NCBI GenBank assembly: GCA_965235115.1
Contig: OZ249444.1
Coordinates: 9,548,001-9,612,000, forward strand
Direction: 5' to 3'
From: Laetmonice hystrix
Lineage: Eukaryota
DNA length: 64,000 nt
This document shows positions 14,561 to 27,296 of the stretch, one piece after another. Position numbers and translations under genes: made by a program. How positions within the stretch are numbered: position 1 is the stretch's first letter; every line of letters starts with the position of its first letter. The notes under the pieces are model-generated. The model was given only the letters and a program-made list of their open reading frames with translations. It was not told the DNA's origin and did not search any database.

Positions 14561-17500
14561 GGTACTTTTCATTGTACGTCACAGGTCACACACACGGCCA
14601 TCTTCAAAGACTGTGCCAGACTACCTGCAGGCTAGATCGACAACAGCATTGTCCTGTCTGAGTGCAGCAGCAAGTTGTCCTAGTATGTGTCCAGTGTGAG
14701 ACATGATGACACACACCAGGCAGAATGCAGTCAGGGAGTATACTTCATCTTCAAACGTCGACCGATCTAAATGCACGCCTCCAGCGTGTTGGCCCCAGAC
14801 AACACGACTGCCGCGAGTCATGAACAGTCCAGTTGCCAATTGCAAAGGCTCTGCTCTGAATAGTGCATTAATTGATAACAGAACAAAGTTTGGAAAAAAG
14901 ATGATATATTTCATGACAGTGGAACCTGTTCACCCCTGACGTCTATCTGCTCCGAGCCGAGTGAGCGACACTTTGACCGCTGTCACATTATGTGACAATC
15001 AAATCAGTGAACACAATCAAAAACAAAGATTGAAACCGACAGAGAAACAAGAAACAAAATCGCCAAAATAGGCGATATCTCTGTCAGCCATGCCTGGTAC
15101 CTAGGTACCTGATTACATCGTTTTAGAAACCTAACTGTTGATACACCATAACATAATCCAAGGCTCGAATAATGTGAAACGCCATTTTATAAAAGGTATC
15201 CAACTTTCTGCAAATTCCACGGTATCAAAAAGGTTAATTCCCGCCCCCGTCTTTACGATGTTTTTCCGCTTTTTGCAGATAGGAATGTAACGTAGTTTTT
15301 TGCTCTGCCCTTAGAAATGTACGGCACGACGACTGGCCATCCAAGTAGAGGAATGTTGCCCGTTTCTCCCAGGTTCCCCATTATCTCCGGGACGATTGAA
15401 CGCTCCTCCTCCACATGGCATTAATTTGGTGACTTTTTGAAGGTAACCATTTCCCTGGAAACGGCCCCGGTAGGTAAACACTAATTGAAGTGTTGAGAAA
15501 ACAAACCAGGGGATGATGCACATGCTAGTGTCTCGTTCCTCAGTCCCCTCCACCACTCAGCGTGGCCCCCGTACTATCTCCCGTCACGTCACTGATGCCA
15601 TTCATTGACGCCCCCTCCCCCCTTTCTGGTTTTCTCTGGGGCGTAATATTTTTTTTATTGCTGAGGTTATTTCCCAGTACCCCTACATGACTGGGACCTT
15701 TCATCCTGACACGTTTGGCCCCTAGGTCCCATGTCATAATTCACATCTCCTGGTATCGGAAGGTAGACGAATCAACTCCTACTATAAAAAGGTCGCCCTA
15801 CCGGCCGGGACAGTAACTAGCGTCCACGTAACGGCCCACAGCGTCCGTCCGTCCAGCCAGCGTCTATGTGACCTGGTTGAGAGGGGGGGGGGGGAGGAGA
15901 CTGTCTCCGACATGTAGACTACCTCCCGCTTTCATCTTCAGATAAACCATGTCAGCTGCCAAGCAACCGAGCAACAGGTCATAGGTCGAGCAATTGGAGA
16001 GTAAGAGGTCGTTGTCATGACTACTGGCAAGTTCAAATACAATATGTCTCTTGTAGACATTGCTTGTTTTGCCAGTAAACAAGTCCAAGAAAATATCCCC
16101 CAAGTACCCTAATATTGTTATCCCACTGTGCGAGAGTTGGGCAGTTGTTGTGCATGCATTATTTGACATCAGAATCCTGGTTATTACGCAATCCTCGCAA
16201 TGATAGTGTGCTTTGCCAGATAAACGCAGATCCCAGCAAGATGCAATGAAGTACAATGTACTTGGTACCCTGAAAGTTATTTAGATGATGTTTAAGCCCG
16301 AAATCCTAACCGATTGGGACAACATTACTGCCTCAAAAGGAAACGGCATTGTGAAGTAAAAATATGTAGATTTTACCTCGCTCAACAAGAACTCATACAT
16401 TTCTTTTCCATTTTACATTCCTTCGTTTGATCTGAAAATATTTCAAACTGCGACTCACAAAGAGGTTCTTTCAAACAAAAAGCAAAACAGCGAATACCGT
16501 GCCGCCATTGGTGCAGAGCCGATACCATATATGGGCGTTCAGGTTGCACATACTTTAATTCACCCAACCATGGCGTCTGTGCCTTTTACCTTTCCAGCCT
16601 ACACTGAAATCGATTTGTGGTCCTAGTCTGGTACAGAACTTGGCACAGGACTCCATACTACAACACAACGGAGTGAAGCCAATGCCTTCCCCGAGCCCTG
16701 ATTTCCTGCACAGTTCGACTTAGGTTCACAATTCACATCATACAAGCAAATTTCGTTTAGAGTAAAAGTTAATATTTGTAAACCCATCGTGTCCGTATAA
16801 TTTTCATTTGAAGCAAATGATTTACAACGTTAATACGGATGAAAAGGGTACGCTTTCAGCAGGGTCCTTCGTACTGGGGGCTGACGCAGTGCCAATGTAT
16901 CTGGGTTGCGTGCCAGGGAGTCCAGACCGTACTTCTCTGTTCTGGGTTTGTCTGAACTGCCCCCTCCCTCCTACATTACAGGCACCGCCCAGATCGTGCA
17001 CCGTGCATCAATGTAACAAATGTAGTTTGCCCACTCCATATTACCCGCTACAATTCCACCGAGAGACCCAACTCGCGCTCGCCCAACTTATCATTTCCTT
17101 CATTGTCCCTTGCCATTGATTGCGGGCTTTGCTTCAATTTTTCACATAACGCAATGCGTAGCAATCGCTCAATCCCGCCTCTTAAATTTACGTTCTGATA
17201 GAATTGGTTGAATATAATATCACGGACCGCTCCGTCATTCATCAAATACGAACATGGAGAGCAGATTTGATGCGTGTTGTTGGTTGTATTTGCTAGTGTC
17301 ATTTTTCACGAATCAGTCTGTCGTATTTGAGAGTGGATCTTGGCCGTACAAATGAGAGCAGCTGTCTGGGTAATCTGCAGCAAGGCATCACGTGCTCCCT
17401 GTCTGGTCAGCGGGTGACCGCCGCCATCCATCCCAGAATTCCATGCCACTCGAGGGTCTTGGGAAAGGTTCGGCAGCCAGGTCTTGCCTCCATCACTCAC

Positions 17501-20500
17501 CCCAGACCCTGCCAGTATGGGCCAACCAACCTCCCATATTTTTGGTGGCGGGAACTACTTGAGAAATATACATGCTTATTTGTGCAAATCATGTCGTGGT
17601 CCTCAGTTCTGGTCGGCCACCATGAAAGTTAAATGAAGGCACTCCGGCGTCCTGCCCTGCAGCCTGCCTAGACCTATTACATCACCTGCATAGTCTGCTG
17701 TCAGGGATACACCCTTACCGAGGACCTGCATAGGACACTAGTAATGGTAATGTCAACTGGAGGCCTGATAGACCTGGAGGGGGGGTACTACCCCATTGGT
17801 ATTCCCGTGGCGTTGTAAAGCTGAGTGGTCCCATACCTGTGGGGCCCTTTTCCATGAGGCTTCCATGACCAACGGTCTGTCTGGGCACATCTTCTTTATA
17901 CGAACTGTCGGAACCTTCATGTCTGACTCAACTTAACATTAGTGAAATAACGGCTATCGTACACGGGCAACAAGACACGGGGAGTTGTCTTTTTTCACGC
18001 GGTTTGGCAGATGGTCTGAATAATGCTGGTCATTTTGTGTGTGCTGAGCATGCGCGAGTTTTCTCATGAAGTCACCACTGGGTGGGCCGTGGATGGATAC
18101 ACACTCCAGACAGGCAGGACCTCTCGGGTTATCCTCACTATTAGTTTAAGGCCACGTTACCTCACCTTGGTGCTGTTTGCCAGGCTCGATTTCGACCCGA
18201 GCACCAGTATGTCTTCTGTCCCATTCCTTGTGTCTCACCATCAAACATTCTACCAATAATTCACCGTCTTCTTTTCCTGGCTCTGGTCTCTGGAGTACTC
18301 TCTTCGCGCCAGCCTAGCCTAGCGATAACAGTAGGGGCAAAAAAAAGAAAAAAAAAAGCCCCGTACAGGCATACATAGGAGGTAGTGTGTTGCTTAGCAA
18401 CTGCCTGGAAATGAGAAATCTATGGCTAGGACGTTGGCCCTTGTGGGACAGAAAGGGGGGGGGGGGGTGGGTGGAGGTCAGGGGGCAGTGGATGGTAGGA
18501 GGAACCACAAGGTCGGACTGACCGGCCGCTGGGTGTATTGATCTCTGGGATATGTCCTGGTGGGTGGGTGGCCGCCGGCCGATCGGGAGCGGCCCCTACG
18601 ATAGCAGACCTGTCCGTGTAGTCAGAACGGATCAGGCGTCTCAAGACAATGGTACAAACCCGTCCTCCCTCTCTCTCTGCCTCTCTGTCTGAGCTGTCCC
18701 TCTCCCACCACCTCCTGCCACTTCAGTCAACTGATATCCCACACTTGGCCACCAACTAATCACTATTGACAAACGCCGCCGGGAAGAGAACGTCCCATGG
18801 GGTTTCCAACCAGCACACTGGCTATGTGTATGCTCAGTGACGAATACAACATTCGGTCATCAAAAATCTTCTGCTGTCTTTTTTCCTTTTCGTCGATTTT
18901 GCCAACTGGAACACAATTTCTAAGACCAGGATTGAATCAGCTATTCATTCTTTGCTTCATTTAAGTGGCTTGTCATGTCAATGCCGAATCATAGCCAATT
19001 ACATTTCACAGTCCGACACCGTACAACAGTAGATGGCAATATGATTTATTGACAGTGTGCATGGGATATTGTCTTAACTGGTAAAGTGGATCCAGTTGTT
19101 TACAGATTAGCCGCGCCTAATCCGCTCCGTCATAGCCGACAGATTAGGGGAACCATAATCTGTTTGACGACTGCCGCCGGGAGTTTATCTGTGAAGAACA
19201 TGCGTTGTCTGCAATGAATTAAACTCCATTTCTTTGCCAGTATTTCCTTCAATATATGGAATGTGTCACACACAGTCTGGCCGGCGGCAACTTGCAGGCA
19301 TCATGCACCACCAACCAGTTTGTCCCCTCCCCCCCTTCCAGGCAAATATTCTGGCCATTCTGAACCGGCATTTCCTCTTCGGACAACTGGCTATACGGAT
19401 AAAGCTTTCAGACTGCCAACATTAAATCGGACAGTTCTCTTTAATCACCTTTATGCTAATTCCCCGTCCTACACATTGAAAATTGCCCATGTCTCGCTGA
19501 AATGTTGCAGGCATTGCAAAAAATGGGAAGAGTACCGGTACATTGTGGTTGTCAATTATGTATTACCAACGTTAGGTTAACATGTAATACATGGCTGAGC
19601 ATCCTCTTTAATCTTGCTTCATTCGTGGCTGCCGCCAGTTGCAGCAAGTTTTTTCTTGGTAGAGAACATTCGCTGCCCACCTCCCAACACTGTTGGAGCA
19701 TATTTACACATAGACCGGCTTTGCACTGGATCAACCTGAGTATTGACGACTCAAGGCGTCAGCTCCGGTCCTATGGAAGCTGTTGCTGATAACTCGTACA
19801 AACATGAGCCGAACCGTTCAGCCTTTCCTTGATTCGTTTGTCACGGAGCCGCTAGCTGAACAAAGTGACATCACGCTGCCACGACCAGTTCACAGATCTA
19901 CCGACCTACACTATCTGTAGGCGACGTAAAATGGTTTAAACAGGGAATCAAGTCGGCCACCTCGCGAGTTCAACCAATTTGCAGAAGTTCAATCACCCGC
20001 GCTGTTCATGCAAGTTTCCTTTAGTCCAAGTCCAGGAGGATTCTTGCCAGCCACATCCTGGCCCAACCAGGTGGGTCGACAGACAGGCGTGTGTGCAAAT
20101 TTCACGGCAATGCATAATTCAATGCCGAATACGCCAGAATTCTGTCGATGGCAAAGTGACCTTTTATCACGTCATTATATATGTAGCTTGGCTGCTGCTT
20201 CCATTGTAAGAGCTTTATCCAATAATACCCTGCCAGTCTATTTGTTGCTACTGCAGAATACCAATTTCTGGCAGCATGTTAAAAGCAATATGATAATGGT
20301 TCTCCTGGGGATGGTTCTGTTTGTACTGCCTCTAATGAACGTACCAGGCTGCAATCAAACGAGCCTGCCAAGCGCAATGTTCTCATAACATCAATGTTTA
20401 CTAGCTGTTCGTCATTCTTCATTAAAGACTTAAAATCTCTTCTCTCTACCTGTCATCGCGGTAAAGATCAACATCGTCACAGAAAGCAGACGTCAGCAGG

Positions 20501-23500
20501 CGTTACCCACCAGCCAATGCTGAAAATGACCTGAATCGCAGCCTTTTACATTTTACCTTTCACTGTTGGTTCTGGTGTCTTTCAATTCGTACACGTCTGC
20601 CTTTAATTGTTTGAGCTTTACGCTGTGGCTGGCGGTCTGTCGGCATGTGTCAGGCCTGATCCCAGCTCCCCCGACCGACTCAACCAACGGCTCGTCTGTA
20701 AAACATGATCCTTAAAAAAAATCGGCATCGGGGTCGTAGGTGTAAACATGAACGAGACTTTGAATGTGCCAAGGTGGTCCCCTGCGCCCGCTCCGTTCAC
20801 CCTGCGCCTTGCCATCATTAAACCCGTTCCTTGCACTGCATGAAATATTCAGCCTCATTCATTTCTCCTTCTATGCTATCCATCACTGGTGGTCGACGTT
20901 ACGGCACCGCGCGGGGTCACCTGATCTCCGTCCCCCAGTCGCCAGGATCAAGGGTTGGCAATGGCCAACAAAGGGAAAGATCCCCACCATCAAGCAGACC
21001 CGATTCCCTGGATCCTTAGCTGGCACGCCGTGGCAGCGACACCAGGCAATCTCCCTAAGTAGCCCCATCCATTTTTCCCTCCGTCTGCCAGTGTGTGCGA
21101 ACCCTTCCACCTGTGGAGTCATACTGACGCCAAGCTGTCTCTGCAATACCTGACACTGACGGATCCCAAACCACATGCCGTACTCGGGCAATAATAAACA
21201 GAATGGTTCTGGGAGTGCGACAGCATCGTTAACACCTGACAATACTTATACACCGACATACTTTGATCTCACAAACGATTTGAAAATCTACTTTAGAGTA
21301 CCGGAGATGCGTTCCTGGTGTGCCGATTCTACCCTTTATAGTTGCTTCCTATAATACGACTGGCGAATGGGATGTGTGACTCGAGGCAGTAACTGGGATG
21401 TGGAGTGTTGGATGCCGCCAACTGACGCCACTGTTTCCAACTACTTACGACTGCAGCCATTGAAGTCGTGGGAACGAACAGGGTGTCTGCCTCATTGTCT
21501 TCTTGTGGAGTAGTTACCATAGGCAAAGGTTACCACTAACAGCCAATAATAATTGACACTAGTCAGAGTAATGGCTATCCTATCCATCATTCCCCTGACT
21601 ACAGGTGTGAGGGCACACGAATCCCCCTGTTTTAGCCTTGGACATCGTATATATCAATAACCAGAATCAGATTCAGCGACTTCTTAAATGCCTTCTTCTT
21701 TAGTCTCCTTCAAACTTCTTCATTATGTGACCTTAGACGGTAAATTATCAACAGGCCAGTGTCTCCGTTCAGTGATGTCCCCGGGCTTTCTGTATTAACA
21801 GCACTTAGACAAAAAGAGCACACAGAAACCGGAACTTTGTGGATTATTATTGCTCCACGGACAGAAACTGTAATAAAATCAGGCAAGCTGCAAGACAGCA
21901 CAAACTTAATATTGCCGCTCGGCCCTGTCTAATTTGGACGTCTGGTTAAAGGCGTGTTCGATCAAGCAGGAACCATTTGGTTGTCCCGGAAATACCAGCT
22001 TTCACAGGATGAGTTGAGTAATTGGTCAATAGCGGTGGTTACCACGCATTAAGGCACCGGCAGTTTGGTCCCAGTTCTGTTGAAATGTAAACTGTTCTCT
22101 CTTGACCTAGTTCTATGTATTGACACAATCTGGCCATGATGCCAGACAATTCACCCTCATCTGGCCACATTGTTGAGTCACATACAAGATAATACAGCGC
22201 TACACTGCCATTCTTTATTCAAGATCCGTCCTGCAATTGATTGATTAGAAACGCGTGGTTATGGAATGCAGTTATATATGAAACAGGTGGTCTTGCTTCC
22301 AGTTTCTATCTCCCGTTTTCTGTATGGTTTATTCCAAGCTGGTCGGTAATATCCCTTCCGGAAGGCTCTTCGTCATTCCTCTTTTTCTGGCTTACGAGCC
22401 TCTGGAATCAACCAGCGTTACCCAAATACCCCTATAACTCCTGGATATCTGCAACCAGTTTCTTCTCCACCGCCCCCCTCATCAGGCGCAGCACGGCTAC
22501 CCCCACAATCACCATGATTGAATGAGAATACGTCAGCGTTCTGATGAAGCCCAGTTCTATTGTTCAGACTGGATTTCATGTCTTACCCTTAATTCCCCCT
22601 GAGAGACCCTTCAGTCTTCATTGCGTCTGGTATGGACAACTCCCTTCCCAGACAAGGTGTTGAATTTTTTACTATTGAAGGCTTACCGGCCGGCTGACAT
22701 GCAAAGTATTCAAGACCAATCATTATCATAATGGACCCTTTGTGGATACCCAGAGCATCGGTTCTGCGTCTCAAATACATGAGAAATGTTAATAATTATG
22801 CATGTGGACAAATAACATGGCTTAACAAGCTAAACAATTTCCATTCCTGTCGTAAAGCACCGCCTATTTAATATCACTGCTACCATTAAATGTACCGATT
22901 CATCATTCCTATCCATTCACCGGCCAAGATTAATCAATTCTACCAAAACAATCTCACAAGAGTCGAATCTAATACTAGAATTTGAAACCGTCTTTTTTTA
23001 AACTAACCACAGCCACTGGTGTACGGATATCAAATTTGCTCGAGCGATGTGTGGAACTAAGTGTTAACACGAGCCGAATGGCTGGCCGCCTCCGCCAATT
23101 CTCGTCCAGTTAACGTCCACCTAACGTGAGTCTGTGGGGACCCGATCTAAACAGCACCTCAGTGTGCTACATGGGTTTCACGGAATCATACCCCCATAAA
23201 GTTCGCCATCATTCCCAGTGGGACCAGGGCCTCTATGGTGATTATTCCAAGACGTATCCCCTGGGTCAGCCTACTGTACTGTTGGCTTCAAACAGACCAA
23301 ACTCGAAATGTACATTTGGGGACCTCATGTGCAACAGCCTGCTGTCACATGTTTTTCACCAACAATTCCACTCCCTTTCTGTGTGAAATTTAATCGGAAC
23401 CAAGACAGGTATATTTTAATTCACCCGAAAAATGCTGCAAACCTGAAAATGAAATTCCGTCCTGCTGTATTAAACATGAACAATGAATTGTTTGATTTAT

Positions 23501-25179
23501 TTCAGTTAAGGCTGATTCTCATGCACTCTACCTATCTACTTACTGTTCGATCTCAATACTCATTAACTATGGAGTATGAATTATCTTTCTCTACACAATT
23601 TATCATTTACATTTCATGGCCACGGGAAAGACATGTTTACAAAAAGGTGAAAAAAAATTAAACAAGTATAATTTATTTAATGTATACCAGTAATACTGGT
23701 ACCAAGAAAAATTAAAACTGTATCGTATTATAACCTTGACACAAATACTTTTTCCCTGTTTACCATTCTAGTCTGACATTTTGCTTTTACTTCATGCATT
23801 TTCTAAGCTACGCCTATTACATGCTCCACAGACTTGCACATGTACAGAGACATATAAATATATATGTGTATGACAGAGACAGTGATTTCCAACCGTGCTA
23901 GATCATATCCGGCCACAAAGCATTACTATATCTTGCCTTCATACTGAACACTTTAAGCAGCCAAACGCTAAATGTACCCCAAACTATTGTACTGAACCAA
24001 AATAATCCATCAAAAATGTCAAGGTACCAGAAACTCTTTTATGTGTTAGTCTACTCTTTCAAGGTTCGTTTTTAAGTATGCTATTTCTACAAGTTCTGAA
24101 TAATAATTTTTGATTCAATTACACGCTATTCAAAGAAAAATAAATCATCTGAAGAATATTATGCCCCTAAATGGAATTATTCAATTTTTTTTCCAACGTC
24201 AACATGAGCCGAGGACAGATGTTGGAACGCTACCCGACTATCAGGTGATTCGTTTCAAATTGTATTATTGATGTGGGTTTCAACTCTCATTGTTCCAGTC
24301 AAGTTCTATGGTATCATTATTGTGAATGTGAGGACACGGTAAAATATGTCAGATAAACAGGCACGTGCAATAGAGAATATGCTGGTCCATTGAGTGTCCA
24401 TCGTGCCACGTGAATGGTATGAAATACTGGCTCCATCAACTTGTCCGAAGCTTCACCCCTCTGTCGTGGTGAAAACCACCTGGTGGTAGATTGTTAAACT
24501 AGGGCAAAAATACCGTCTCTCAATTAAAATAAAGTATGGACATTCTCAGTTAATCAATCATTGTCATTGGAAACTTACTTTTTACTTTTAAATATATAAT
24601 TCCAGCACTGCTGTCATTCTTACCTTTTTTTCAAAATTGTGGTAAATGGTACATTATACTAAATAATCAGTAATGAATATAAGAGTAGTCTAAATTCTGA
24701 TCGTGTTTGCATTAGCATGTATGTCATTAAATGGCTGCATTTCAGGATCTTGCTTTCCCAGTATTTTACAGACAGGTGTCCACTAAATAGAATGTACACC
24801 TTGTTTTGCTATACCACAGACAAAATCTACAATTATGAGAAGAAAAGAAAAGTAAAAACCACAAAAATTCACCCTACCATCTAAGCGAGTCCAGATGTTA
24901 GTTGTAAAAAAAAAAAGAAAATGCATGTTTTACGTCAGCATGAGTTAAGTGATGACTCAAAAGTAAATGCACGCAATATTGGCTGCAGTGGAATGGCAGA
25001 AATGGCTCCTTTGGCTCAAACCTGCACTGAACAAAGCAAATCAGTTATTGTCTTCTTTCAACTCTTAGTTCATGCAGCAAAAATCAACATATCAATATGC
25101 AGTCATATCAATGCCAAGTCGAGGCGCAACTCCTACTTTCACAGCGTATGTGCGGCCCTCAAAAATGCTTCTTAAACAT

Positions 25180-25308
25180 CTCATAACTAAACCAATTGTC
25201 AAATTAGGGACGATTCTCATGACCAAACTAAGATCGAAATTAGTGACAGTTCTCAGGACCAAGCTAAGTGTCACCTTAGAGACACAGCTCATAAGCAAGC
25301 TAAGCTGA
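25180..25308. repeat. Degenerate 36-bp tandem repeat x3.6
   Basis: Units begin CTCA at 25180, 25216, 25252 and 25288; plus-strand translation is LITKPIVKLGTI/LMTKLRSKLVTV/LRTKLSVTLETQ/LISKLS*. Confidence 0.75.
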
Positions 25309-26030
25309 CGGACTGTTCAACGTCGGAGCCTGTAAATCATGCATGACGGGTACAAAAAAAAGCATGAGTAATCATTTGCAATTTTCTGCCAACTGTTCTC
25401 GTAATTTTCTCGGTGAAGATAGCCTGCTAAGGGCTGCTTGGCCAGTTACAGACATAAACAAGCATCAATTGGGTAGTTTTGCAGACAAAATGAAACACAG
25501 GGACGTGATAAACGGTTTGTGTCAGGCAGTGCATCTGACAACTGTTCCACATCATTTCTGGAAGAAGCAACAGTTAGGGCACCGGCCGCCGGCACGGGCC
25601 TGGCGTCAGTCAGTCAGGGCAGGCGGACCATTGTCACCGACATGCTCACATACTAATATCATCTCACTAGGCCCCACAGACCCTGCACTAGATACAACAC
25701 ACAGTCTACAAGTTAAAAAATTCTAGGGCATAACCGACCAATCACATAGACAAGATAACTCACAAAACAAGGAACCGTTTACACTAGTCTACAAGATCTC
25801 TGATTCCAACACACACATATAAATAAATTCTCTTTGTATAAAAAAAAGGGGGGGGGGGTAGAAAGTGAATTAGATGACTCTCCCAAGGTTAACACTGAGC
25901 TTTGCAACTCAGGGGGGAAAATGGCTGTCCTCTTCCTAATGAACCAGTATTAACGGCGGAATTAATGAGATTAATGGGCACTGGGCAAAGCGCCCCTTGT
26001 TGATCCAACCAAACCAAGCGATCACTTCCT

Positions 26031-27296
26031 GCTAAACTAATCAATCACTTCCAGCCTGTTCCGCACCTCCTCCCAAGCTGAAGACTAGCGCATCACTTAC
26101 ACAAAAAAAACCAATGCTTCATTCCTGGTCTCTTCTCTCCGTCACCCGAGACTAACTTCAACTCCTCACTCCAGCCTAAACTAACCGATCACTTCCAGCC
26201 TGTTCCGCACCTCCTCCCAAGCTGAAGACTAGCGCATCACTTACACAAAAAAACCCAATGCTTCATTCCTGGTCTCTTCTCTCAGTCACCCGAGACTAAC
26301 TTCAACTCCTCACTCCAGCCTAAACTAACCGATCACTTCCAGCCTGTTCCGCACCTCCTCCCAAGCTGAAGACTAGCGCATCACTTACACAAAAAAAACC
26401 AATGCTTCATTCCTGGTCTCTTCTCTCCGCACCTCCTCCCAAGCTGAAGACTAGCGCATCACTTACACAAAAAAAACCAATGCTTCATTCCTGGTCTCTT
26501 CTCTCCGTCACCCGAGACTAACTTCAACTCCTCACTCCAGCCTAAACTAACCGATCACTTCCAGCCTGTTCCGCACCTCCTCCCAAGCTGAAGACTAGCG
26601 CATCACTTACACAAAAAAACCCAATGCTTCATTCCTGGTCTCTTCTCTCAGTCACCCGAGACTAACTTCAACTCCTCACTCCAGCCTAAACTAACCGATC
26701 ACTTCCAGCCTGTTCCGCACCTCCTCCCAAGCTGAAGACTAGCGCATCACTTACACAAAAAAAACCAATGCTTCATTCCTGGTCTCTTCTCTCCGCACCT
26801 CCTCCCAAGCTGAAGACTAGCGCATCACTTACACAAAAAAAAAACAATGCTTCATTCCTGGTCTCTTCTCTCAGTCACCCGAGACTAACTTCAACTCCTC
26901 ACTCCAGCCTAAACTAACCGATCACTTCCAGCCTGTTCCGCACCTCCTCCCAAGCTGAAGACTAGCGCATCACTTACACAAAAAAAACCAATGCTTCATT
27001 CCTGGTCTCTTCTCTCCGCACCTCCTCCCAAGCTGAAGACTAGCGCATCACTTACACAAAAAAACCCAATGCTTCATTCCTGGTCTCTTCTCTCAGTCAC
27101 CCGAGACTAACTTCAACTCCTCACTCCAGCCTAAACTAACCGATCACTTCCAGCCTGTTCCGCACCTCCTCCCAAGCTGAAGACTAGCGCATCACTTACA
27201 CCAAAAAAAACCAATGCTTCATTCCTGGTCTCTTCTCTCAGTCACCCGAGACTAACTTCAACTCCTCACTCCAGCCTAAACTAACCGATCACTTCC
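26031..27296. repeat. Composite minisatellite of two modules (A ~78 bp x10, B ~66 bp x7) with higher-order structure
   Basis: A (CCGCACCTCCTCCCAAGCTGAAGACTAGCGC...CTCTTCTCT) at 26061, 26205, 26349, 26427, 26571, 26715, 26793, 26938, 27016, 27160. B (C[CA]GTCACCCGAGACT...CAGCCTGTT) at 26139, 26283, 26505, 26649, 26872, 27094, 27239. Confidence 0.97.

Noticed and set aside
13327-16534. CArG/SRF boxes CCTATATTGG (13327) and CCATATATGG (16525)
   Set aside because: About 4-5 are expected by chance in 64 kb and they are not clustered.
22541-22580. Hammerhead core CTGATGA (also at about 51541 minus, 56878 minus, 58082)
   Set aside because: No stem II followed by GAAA with matching stems I and III.
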